Below, in pieces: positions 49,167 through 59,200 of a stretch of 64,000 bases of DNA. Origin of the DNA: Opitutia bacterium (GTDB lineage Bacteria > Verrucomicrobiota > Verrucomicrobiia > Opitutales > T3Sed10-336); assembly GCA_050506795.1 (NCBI GenBank), contig JBJHCF010000019.1:24675-88674 (forward strand). Direction: 5' to 3'. The position numbers and the translations under genes are program-made. Positions within the stretch are counted from its first letter, which is position 1, and each line of letters opens with the position of its first letter. The notes below the pieces were generated by a model. It had not been told where the DNA came from. It searched no databases and worked only from the letters and a program-made list of their open reading frames with translations.

Positions 49167-49853
49167 ATGAAATCGATCCAACACCGATCACTTGCGGTCA
49201 CGCTCAGCGTGCTTGCGCTCATTCTTACCGCCTGCGGCCCTTCCGCCGTGGGTCCATCACTCGATCCGGACGGTGTCGAGTTGAAGTCCGTGGACCCTGG
49301 CCACGCGCTCCTCACGACGCAAAGCGGTGCGGTGGTTGGCAGCCACCTCGCCATCATGATCGGGGAGGAAAGTGATCTCGACTGGAGCCTGGCGACGCTT
49401 GAACCGATCGAACCGAATGGCGTAACGCGTATCGTTTTGGATCTGACACCGGGCCTGCCCATTACGGTCTGGGCAACTTCCGGAGAGAGCTCGGGATCGG
49501 CGGTATCCGCGCCCGCGGTTTTTGTCACCGATCCTTCCGACTTGCCAACGGTGGCGGGCGGAGGCACCGAGCCTTCGGCCCCGGGCCTCGATCCCGAACG
49601 GATCACCCTGGAGATGCTGGACGATCACCACGCCCTGATCGTCGGTCTGCCCGGCGCGGCCTCGGGCCTCAAACTTCAGTCCCTCGAGGTTCGCGAAGGG
49701 CAGGATCCCGACTTTGAATTGGCGCGGGATCGTCCCCTCGGACGCGACGGCGATTTTCAATTTGTCTCCGATCTCTACCCCGGTATGCGCCTCCATCTCC
49801 GCGCCGTCGGCCCCGAAGGCAATCATGTCGAAATGACGCTTGAACGTGATTAG
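49167..49853 (+). CDS. Hypothetical lipoprotein with a duplicated domain
   Basis: Lipobox LTAC; two alignable halves. Confidence 0.7.
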   Translation: MKSIQHRSLAVTLSVLALILTACGPSAVGPSLDPDGVELKSVDPGHALLTTQSGAVVGSHLAIMIGEESDLDWSLATLEPIEPNGVTRIVLDLTPGLPITVWATSGESSGSAVSAPAVFVTDPSDLPTVAGGGTEPSAPGLDPERITLEMLDDHHALIVGLPGAASGLKLQSLEVREGQDPDFELARDRPLGRDGDFQFVSDLYPGMRLHLRAVGPEGNHVEMTLERD

Positions 49854-49930
49854 TGCGAAGGGCACTCGAATAAGGCGGTTCATCGTTTGATGAAACCTGA
49901 TCGAGATCGGGATCGCGCTTCCCTTTCCTT

Positions 49931-49980
49931 GAGGGCGGCGCTCCCACGCCGCGGGCGTGACACAGGCATTCCTGCCTGTG
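49931..49980 (+). repeat. Two adjacent REP-like hairpins
   Basis: GCGGCG-ctccca-CGCCGC and gtga-CACAGGCA-ttcc-TGCCTGTG. Confidence 0.6.
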
Positions 49981-50138
49981 GGATCACAAGATGCTCGCGC
50001 TCTCAGGGGAAGAGCCGATGCGATTCGGTTAAGCCTAATCTGCTTTGATCAACTCCTTAACTGAGCGCCATTCGGGTTAGGCCGTTGTTTGTTGATTTGC
50101 GGCTTGTGTCCACAAGAGCTATAGCCTGTTTGGTCTGC

Positions 50139-50292
50139 ATGGCAAGGAGGCTGCGATTTCAGTATCCCGGGGCGATGTATCACATCATGAATCAGCGGGA
50201 ACCAGGGAAAAGATCTGTTTGAGAGCGTGGGCGCGGCTGAGCCTTTCTTGATGGTGTCGGGCGAAGCGGTTCGAGCCTTGGCTGGTGCGTTT
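50139..50292 (+). pseudogene. RAYT/Y1 (IS200-like) transposase 5' remnant
   Basis: MARRLRFQYPGAMYHIMN, then in a shifted frame GNQGKDLFESVGAAE.FL....EA; no HUH motif follows. Confidence 0.72.
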
Positions 50293-50691
50293 CGGACGGC
50301 TTGAAATTACTTTCCGGTTTCGCACCTCTCCTTTCCATGAAAGACCATTTTTAGACCGATTCTATAGAACGTTCGGAGACATTCGGGAAAGACTGGATAA
50401 TCGAAACTGAACTTATAATGTATTGAGATTCTCCTTATAGTATATCGCCCTGCTCATATAGCGGTTGAAGCGGGCAAGGACCTGGTATTTAAACAAATGG
50501 GGTTTTGCTTGATGGTCTGCAAATTCGGATCTCCAAACAATCCTTTTCCGGAATATTTCAGAACACCATCTTTCGATTTGGTGTACCTGGATGTGAAAGC
50601 GCGACTTTAATATCACAGTGTAAGGAATTGTCAGTTTGTTCAGCAGATTGGATGGAAACTGGCATTTATATATCAAGTGAACAGTATTCCC

Positions 50692-53199
50692 ATGAAATGC
50701 GGCCGTGGATTTTCTTTTCCTTCTGTGTGTAATGTCTGGGTCCTGTTGCCTTTCTATGTTGGCTCAGTGATCGCGTCTTGGGGCCAAACATTCGACGCTG
50801 GCGATCTCGTGCGCACGGCCAGGATGGTCGAAGGTATTCTGGATCCGGATCCGGATTTCGCCGATCTGACCGGCGACGGCGAGGTGACGGAGGCCGACCT
50901 CGCTCTGATGATGCGCCTGGTGCATGGCCAGGGGTTGCCGGAGATTCTGGAAAAAAGGACAATCGGCGCCGGCGGAGGCTCGATCGGCGACTCTCGAACC
51001 ATGGAGTTGGAGGTGCCGCCCGGCGCTTTCACTTCCGATGCGAATCTCGTCCTCCATCGTTTGCCGGAGGGAGAGGGACCTCAGGGCGGAATCGACCACG
51101 GCCCTCTTTATCAAGTCAGCGGGATTCCGTTCGATGCCGCCGGTTCGCTGACGGTGCGCGTCCCTTTGCCCGAGGGATTCGATCCCGCGAAGGCGTTCAT
51201 TGAAATCGCTGAACCCGGGTTCAGCACCAACGGCTTTGATTGGCAATATGAGACTCTGGTTGCGGACTATATTGATGGTATGCTTGTCTGGGAGCTGGAA
51301 CCGATACCGGCACCAGAATGGTCGTTGGAACCGGCGGCGGGGGAGGCTTTACCGGCATCCTATCCCGCAGGTTATACCTATATTCGGTGGCGTGTGTCGC
51401 TTTGGGAGAGTATTACCGGCGATCGATTCGATCTGATGTTCTCGACTGACGAACGGGTTTTTTACAAGGAGCAGTTGTGGGATTTGATCGATGACCTGGA
51501 GGGTGTCTATGCCATGCTCACGGAGGCGTCCGCGGGTTTCGATCTTTCGAATGTAAGCTGGCCGGTACGGGTCTATATGAAAAACCTCGACGGCGAATAC
51601 GGCGCGATGATTTCTTCCCGCAGGGGGGATTACATCGAGCTTGATAAGTCGCTGCTCACGATGCCTGAGCTGGCCCGCATCACGGCGGGCCATGAGTTTT
51701 TCCATATTGTTCAGGCGGTATATAATTCCCCGCGCGCCAACTTGTGGCTGGACGAGGCAACCGCCACCTGGTTCGAAAAACACATGGCATCCGATCCGTC
51801 TGCATATGCGCCCAATACCTTCCGGGAAAGGCCGCGCGAGGCGCTGCGCGGAATACATGTGGTGCCGTATATCTCGGCACAACTGGCATGGTGGCCGGGT
51901 AATTGGTTCGAGTGGAATACCTCCGACGCCCAGAACCGCGGCTATGCCCTTTCGGGCCTGCTCGAGTTTATCGACCGCAGGCGCGGGGTGGGCCTTGCCG
52001 GGATTCGCGGGTTGTACGAACAGATAAGCAGCGGCACACACCCTGTCTTGGCGTTGCAGAACCTTTCGCCCAACTTCAGCCTGGACTGGCGTGAGTATAC
52101 CAAGGCCGCTTTCGATAATCCGGTGTGGGCCCCGGCGGGCAGCGCGACCCTTATCCAGGATGGTGATTTGGCGTTTAATTCGGGAAGCGAGGGGCCGTAC
52201 GGGCGAACGGTGAGGATCGACTCACTGGAGGATTTCGCAGCCATGCATACGTGGCCAATGCACGTGCAGCAAATGGGCGGTCGTAGCTTGACCTTGTCAC
52301 TAGTTCGACCGGATGCGCTGCCTTCGCTGCCGGATCGAATTCGGATGATCGGCGAGGTGCGGGCGGAAAATATAGAAGATGTGAACCATTTGCGCTTGAT
52401 GGCCGTATTGAAGGGTGGCCCCGGTAACCAATTCAGTCCGATTGTTACCCAACTGGATCGGGATGAGGTGGTCGCGGAACGTCCGGATACCCGTCGGCTC
52501 GAGGTGTCGTTTCAGAAACCGGCGGGGCGATTTCACTATATGCTGGGAGTTTTTAACGACGATCTATTCACTCCCTACGACAAACTGGCTCCGGTCACGC
52601 TGCGTTCCTATATCGGGGCGTATCAGATTGGCGGTTACTCCGTGGATCATCCGTATGGCAATGTGGCGGGCTGTCGCGTGGAGAAAGCATTGGTCGAAGG
52701 CGATCTGGGTGAGGTCGACCTCGAGGTGGTGGAATACTCGGCCATTAAAGGCATGCGGATCCTGAAAGTGCGCTTGCCGCATGAGCATGTCGAGTCCCTG
52801 CGCGTTACCATCGACGCGGCCCTGGACCCGCCATTGACCCGCTCCCATTACGATCCGGGTATCATGTGGTATAACAACGTTGTGATAGGCGGTACGGTGA
52901 CGGTGACCGCATCCGATGGCCAGGGATGGCGGGTGGACGCGTTTCATCTTGAGGAGAACAACGTCGGACCCTTGATAAGCGCTGAAGTGGCGAGAACCAG
53001 TGGCATCGAACTGCCGGCGCCCGGACCGGATGAAACAGCGATCTACAGTTTGCTCTATTACTTTTCCGCGAATCTGGTGACGAGTTTCGATACCGAGGGG
53101 TATCCTTTCGATATTGCCGACAGTAGTTGGAGTACGGATCAATGGTTTGTCGCGCCGCTGCGAATCGAGATTCAGGGATCCCGGTTGTCCGGAAATTAA
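50692..53199 (+). CDS. Secreted dockerin-like, ZU5-like, HEXXH zinc metallopeptidase
   Basis: Signal-like N-terminus; DAGDLVRTARMVEG...ADLTGDGEVTEADLALMMRLVHG; TIGAGGGSI..LEVPPGAF; AGHEFFHIVQ...WLDEATATWFE. Confidence 0.78.
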   Translation: MKCGRGFSFPSVCNVWVLLPFYVGSVIASWGQTFDAGDLVRTARMVEGILDPDPDFADLTGDGEVTEADLALMMRLVHGQGLPEILEKRTIGAGGGSIGDSRTMELEVPPGAFTSDANLVLHRLPEGEGPQGGIDHGPLYQVSGIPFDAAGSLTVRVPLPEGFDPAKAFIEIAEPGFSTNGFDWQYETLVADYIDGMLVWELEPIPAPEWSLEPAAGEALPASYPAGYTYIRWRVSLWESITGDRFDLMFSTDERVFYKEQLWDLIDDLEGVYAMLTEASAGFDLSNVSWPVRVYMKNLDGEYGAMISSRRGDYIELDKSLLTMPELARITAGHEFFHIVQAVYNSPRANLWLDEATATWFEKHMASDPSAYAPNTFRERPREALRGIHVVPYISAQLAWWPGNWFEWNTSDAQNRGYALSGLLEFIDRRRGVGLAGIRGLYEQISSGTHPVLALQNLSPNFSLDWREYTKAAFDNPVWAPAGSATLIQDGDLAFNSGSEGPYGRTVRIDSLEDFAAMHTWPMHVQQMGGRSLTLSLVRPDALPSLPDRIRMIGEVRAENIEDVNHLRLMAVLKGGPGNQFSPIVTQLDRDEVVAERPDTRRLEVSFQKPAGRFHYMLGVFNDDLFTPYDKLAPVTLRSYIGAYQIGGYSVDHPYGNVAGCRVEKALVEGDLGEVDLEVVEYSAIKGMRILKVRLPHEHVESLRVTIDAALDPPLTRSHYDPGIMWYNNVVIGGTVTVTASDGQGWRVDAFHLEENNVGPLISAEVARTSGIELPAPGPDETAIYSLLYYFSANLVTSFDTEGYPFDIADSSWSTDQWFVAPLRIEIQGSRLSGN

Positions 53200-53213
53200 G
53201 AGGAGAATGACTA

Positions 53214-56200
53214 ATGCGATTACTAAGCTTCGTCGGACGCAACAGGGTTCCTTGCATGAAGGCGAAGGTGTTTGACCCTCGCCATGCGGGCTTCGCCGCC
53301 GCGGCATGCGCGTTTTTTGTGTTATTCGGCCTGCCGCAGTTGGCAACCGCGACGACGGATCCCCGTGCGACGGGGGTGCGGGAACTGTCTGATGAAGAAC
53401 TGGCTGCTTATCACGAGCGCATGTACGTTCCAGATTCGGGGTTACAGTTGATGTCTGCCTTGCCCAGCCGGCATCTTAACATCGATCATTTGCCGGTGGT
53501 TCGCAGTCAGGGCGGACTTGGCAGTTGTGCCGCGTTTGCCACGACCTACTATTACAAAACCTACCAGGAGGCCCGCGAGAACAACTGGCTGCGACCGGAC
53601 CCGGTGACACATCCGGGACGAATCGCGAGTCCAATGTGGACCTATAATCTGCTGCCCCGTGGTGCCAGCGGGGGGGTGAGTTCATACGATTCGCTGGCTC
53701 TGTTTGTCGATCGCGGTGTCGCGACCTGGGAGGATATGCCGTATTCGCCGGAAGGATGCACCGAAACCATTCCGGAGGAAAACGAGATCTGGCTGCGCGC
53801 GATGAATTGGCGCGCCTCCCGTATGGGCCGAATTCCGAATATCGATACGCCCTCGGGATTGGCCATGCTCAAGCGACATCTGTTTGATGGCGACCTGGCT
53901 GTAGTGACGCTGCATCGCACGTATCGGAATTTCGACTATTATCCGTACGCCGAAGGCGAGAATGGCGTGGATAACGGGGTGTACTTTCGAGACGAAGGTT
54001 CAACCCGGGAAAGCCATGCCTTAACCGTGGTGGGTTATGATGATAACATTGAATACGTGGACGACCGGACCGGCGAAACCCGGCGCGGCGCTCTGCTGAT
54101 CGTCAATTCCTGGGGCACCAACTGGGGGGTGCACATCGACGAGGCCGGTAGTCGCGGCTTTGCCTGGATCGCTTATGATTATCTGCGGGAGGGCGGTCTT
54201 CGCGAGGAAGCCCTGATCATGGAAGACCGCATCGGGTATCAACCGAAAACGATTGCCATGGTCGGCATTGAAGCGAACAGCGCTTTCGATGTGGGTTGGA
54301 ATCCCATCAGGCTGCACACCCGACGTGGAGAGCGCCAGGCCTTTCCCTATCTGAATCAGCAAGGCGCTGTCCAGCGTGAGTTCCCGATCGATGTGACGGA
54401 TTTGCTGGAGCCTTCGGTCAGTCAATTGGACCTGCGGTTTATTCACGTCTGGGGGGGCGTCCCGACCCTCACGGATTTTTATTTGGAATCACTGGCCGGC
54501 GACCTCCTGATCGCTTCCGACGAAACCCCGATCCGTATCGACTCTCAGAATGACGATCCGTATGTCCCGGGAAATACGATTTCTTTACGTGCGTTTCAAA
54601 AGCAAACGACATCCGGGCTTGAAGCATTGCGGCTTCTGAAGGGGGCGGCGGCCTTTGCCGATGCCAACGCCAACGGGATGCTCGACCTGATCGCCACCGG
54701 GGAACGTTACGATTCCGTCGAGGGCACGACGGTTCCCTCCACCACGCTGTGGTTGAATCGGGGCGACGGAACCTTTGAGCCAAGCGCGGCAGCGTTTCCG
54801 GCAACGGGCGGAGGCGGTGTCGTCTGGAGCGATGTCAACAACAGCGCAACGCCCGATCTTTGGTTGGCGACCGACGAGGATACCCGCCTTTATTGGAATG
54901 ACGGAAACGGAAACTTCAGCGATAGCGGTATCCGTCTGCCGGCCGCCGGCAGCGCGGGGGGCGCGGGTTATATAACGGCGATCGATTACAATCGTAACGG
55001 CCGTCCGGATCTGGCGCTGGTAAACGAGGATGGCGTCTTTGTTTTCCAGCAGGGTACCGATGGTTCATTTTCCCCGATCACCCTGGATACCCGCGGGAGC
55101 GCGGTCCTCAATCATTTGGGCGATGGCGGTTCCTCGGGGACCATGGCCTGGGGAGATCTCGACGGCGACGGCTACCCCGACTTGCTGGTCACCGGGATTG
55201 TCGATTCCGCCGACCAGGGGGGCGCGCCGCGAACCGTATTGTACCGCAACAACGGCGACGACACCTTCGCGATTGTCGAAATCGATCTGCCGGACCTGGT
55301 TTTTTCGGCGATAGCCTGGACGGACTTCAACAACGATGGGATCGACGATCTCGCGATCAGCGGTCTGCCGGCGGACGGCCTGGGTTCCAGTGTCGAAGCG
55401 GTTACACGAATTTACCAGGGGACCGGCGAGGGGACTCTGGTGCCGATCCAAGCCCTGGACTATTTGCCCGGTCTCTATCGCGGGGGAATGCACTGGGTCG
55501 ATTTGGACCATAGCGGTCGCCGCGATTTATTACTGACGGGCAGGGAGACGTTCCTCACCGGCATGGGCGTATGGGATACGCCGGATCATCTATTCCCGAC
55601 TCGACTCCGCATCTGGCGCAATCGCGGCGGCAAGGTGTTGGAGCATGTCGAGCACGATTTGCCCGGTGTCGGCGCGGGTATGGGCGTGGCCGCCCCTCTG
55701 GCGATCGGCGATGTGAGCGGTGACGGCAGTGTGGACTTTTTTGCCTCGGGCACGCGCAGGCAGAGCGGCACGATTCGAGACGAGAGTGTTATCGGATACC
55801 TGACGCGAAACCTGAGCGTTGTGTTTCGCGGGGATGGGGTCGCAAACGCCGCCCCGACGGCGCCGACCCAGTTCGAGGCCGAAGTGCTCGGCGACGGGAT
55901 GGTTGAATTCAGTTGGAGTGGCGCAAGCGATGACCGCACGCCCGAAGCCGGTTTACGCTACATCATTCGCATTGGCACAACGGAAGGTGTGTGGGATGTT
56001 GCTTCCGGGATGGTGCAGCCCTGCAATTGGGGTAAAATGGTGCGTTCCGGTGTGATCTATAATGAGCTTCCGGCAGGCGAGATTTACTGGTCGGTCCGCA
56101 CGGTTGATGCCGGTTTGGCGATGTCCGAATGGAGCGCGACGCACAGCCTGATCGTGCCCGACTACCCTTACACTCCGAGCGTATGGATCGAGTTTGACTC

Positions 56201-59200
56201 GTATCCCAAGTATGGAGGTACCACGGCCCCCGAGGTCGCTCAACGAGTGGAACGTGACAGCACAATTTCGGTAACCGCATTGCCGGCGCCCGGTTTCCGC
56301 TTCTCGCATTGGAGCGGGGACGGTCCGGATGGACAAACAGAAAACCCGTTGCAGTGGAGCGCCACGCGGCAGGCGCTTTTACAGGCCGTTTTTGTTCCGA
56401 ACGCCAATCCCGCGACCCCGCCCTGGACTCCGGTTACCGGCGAGTTCGGGGTGAACCCCAGTCACTTCGCCACGGGCATCGCCGAGTTTCAAGGCCGGCT
56501 TTATCAATTGGGCGGACACGGTACAACCAGCCGTGACAGTTACGTTTATTTTGCGGATATCGAGGCAGCGATTCAATCCGGCAACATCGAATGGAACTGG
56601 GATTTCGGAAACTTACAGGCTCCCTGGTCAAGCCGCAGTCATCACGGGGTGGAGGTATTCGATAACCGGCTCTGGGTGATCGGCGGCTCCGGTGGATCGC
56701 GGACTGCCGATCAGCCGTTGAACGATGTCTGGGCAATGGACGCCGCGGGAAACTGGACCGAGGTAACCGCCGCGGCGGACTGGTCGCGGCGGCATCAACC
56801 GGCGACGGTGGTGTTTCAGGATAAACTTTGGGTGATCGGCGGGCGGGAGTACCTTGGTTGGTCATCGCCAATACAGGATGTCTGGACATCCGGCGACGGT
56901 GCCAACTGGACTCTGGTGACCGACAACCCGCCGTGGCAGGCGGAACGGGCTGTGGCGGTGAATTTCAACGGTCGGTTGTATTTGTTGATTCATCCAGTGC
57001 AAGCGACTGTCTGGAACCCCGGCAAACGTGGTGAGGTCTGGACAACCTCAGATGGCGTTTCCTGGGAACGGTTGAGCGACAACGGTCCCTGGGGGCACTA
57101 TTTCGAGGCGGTCGTTCATCAGGGCCGCATTGTGGTCGCCACCGGTCCCGATGCAATAACCGGCGATGCCGGTCAGGCAGTCTGGGATTCCCGCGATGGC
57201 GTGCACTGGGCTCGCACGACGCCGCAACCCGGAGGCGACCATTGGTCGGTGCGCGAATATCCGGCTTTAACCACCGGGGGCGGCCATGTCTGGCTGGTCG
57301 GCGGGCGCAGTCCTGCCGGCACGGTGCTTAACGATGTCTGGCACTTTAACCGCGGCTCACTGCCGGTGGGAATGGGAGAACTGCGGTTAACCAAGTCACC
57401 TTATGACGGTGGGACCGTCGTGCCGTCAGCGGGCGTTTATGTCGATGATATCGGCATCACCATGCCGCTACGGGCGGAACCGGCTCCCGGCTTTGTGTTC
57501 GACGGCTGGGACGGGCCCGTGGCCGAGCCGAACGCGGCGATCACCACGGTTAGGCTCGATGCGGAGACTGAAGTGAACGCCCGGTTCGCGCCGGCGAGCG
57601 ATCCGCAAATCACGGAAATCACCCTGAACCTTAAGGTGGAACCTGCGAACGGGGGTTTTTGCCGTTTGAACTCCACGCAGCCGGCGGCGGGTGTTTACCA
57701 GATAACGCGGAACGTGGCCCATTCGTTGCAGGCGATTCCGGAAAAGGGTTTCCGCTTTTCGCATTGGAGCGGACCGGTTGCGGATCCTCAAAAGCAGGTA
57801 ACCACCGTTGACGCCGGAACGGATATCGAGGTTACCGCCCATTTTCAGTCGCAATCTCTTGCGGTGGGAGTCAGCCACACGGCTCTCCTGCGTGCGGACG
57901 GAACGCTCTGGGTCTGGGGCGAAGGCGGCGCCGGTCAATCGGGAGGCGGTGAACGGCTTCGGGTCGAGGGGCTGCCGCCGCTGGCCGAACGGGGAGGGGT
58001 TGAGAGAGTTGCCGCCGGAGATGAAATGACCGCGGTGCTCGGCCAACGTTTCTGGAACGGAATCCGCGATGTGTTGGTCTGGGGACGCCCCTGGACTCCG
58101 ACCCGTCCCGCCGAAAACGAGTGGGAGGTTGAACCGTATACCCTGCGTCTTCAACAGGGTGCGATTTCTCAGCTCGCCGCGGGCCGACAGGTGATCATGG
58201 TGCTCGATACCGAAGGCGGCCTTTGGGCCGCCGGCAGCCGGACTGACGGCATGCTGGGTGGCTGGCGCGCTCAGGATCATACCAAGGATCTGGTTGCCGT
58301 GCACGGGATTGGCGGTCACGGGAGGTTGACTGATATTGTCGATGTTGCTGTCGGCGGCGGCCACGTCCTGGCCGTTGACACCCAGGGACGGGTGCTGGGC
58401 TGGGGCCGGAATCATGTTGGCCAGATAGATCCCGCTTATGCTGATTTGCTGGAAACGCCGGTTGTGGTACAGAATCTGCCCGCCATTCGCTCAGTGGCGG
58501 TCAGCCGCGATCCGCTCAATTTTGCTCCGCACAGCTATGCCCTGGATAGTGACGGCCAGGTCTGGCAGTGGGGCGCCGGCATTGACGCGCCTGAAATCGT
58601 GGGCGGATTGCCGGGCAATATTATTTCGATCTCCGCCGGCGGTCGGCACACGCTGGCGCTGGACGCGGATGGAAGAATTTATGCCTGGGGAGCAAATGGA
58701 GAAGGTCAGCTCGGGGACGGAACGCGAATCAACCGGGAAATACCCTTCGAGGTGACCCATCTTCCTCCGATCATTGAAACTGTCGCCGGCTTCACCCACA
58801 GTGTGGCTCTCTCCATTGACGGGCGGGTTTTTGCCTGGGGAGATGACGCACTTGGAGCGGTGTCCGGGACGCCCGGAGAGTCGGTTCTCTCTCCCTTGGA
58901 AATCGAGGTGATGCATAGAAACGAATCCTCAATTGCGTTTTCCTTGTCGCCGCAACCGGATTATGGGGGGACGACTTTTCCCGGCGGCCGACAGTATTAT
59001 GCCCGCCCCGGCAGTGAGGTGCCGGTACTGGCGGTCCCCGCCGAACGTTATCGGTTTTCATTATGGGGGGGAAACGTTGTCGAGATGAATGCGTCGCAAA
59101 CGGTGGCCGTGATCACGGGAAACACCGGAATCAACGCTTATTTCGAACTGCGCCACGATGCGGACGCCCGTTTGACGATGGCTGTGGAGCCGGCCGGCGG

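Noticed and set aside
50413..50732. Short ORFs in the AT-rich leader
   Set aside because: Atypical composition and no motifs; more likely promoter DNA
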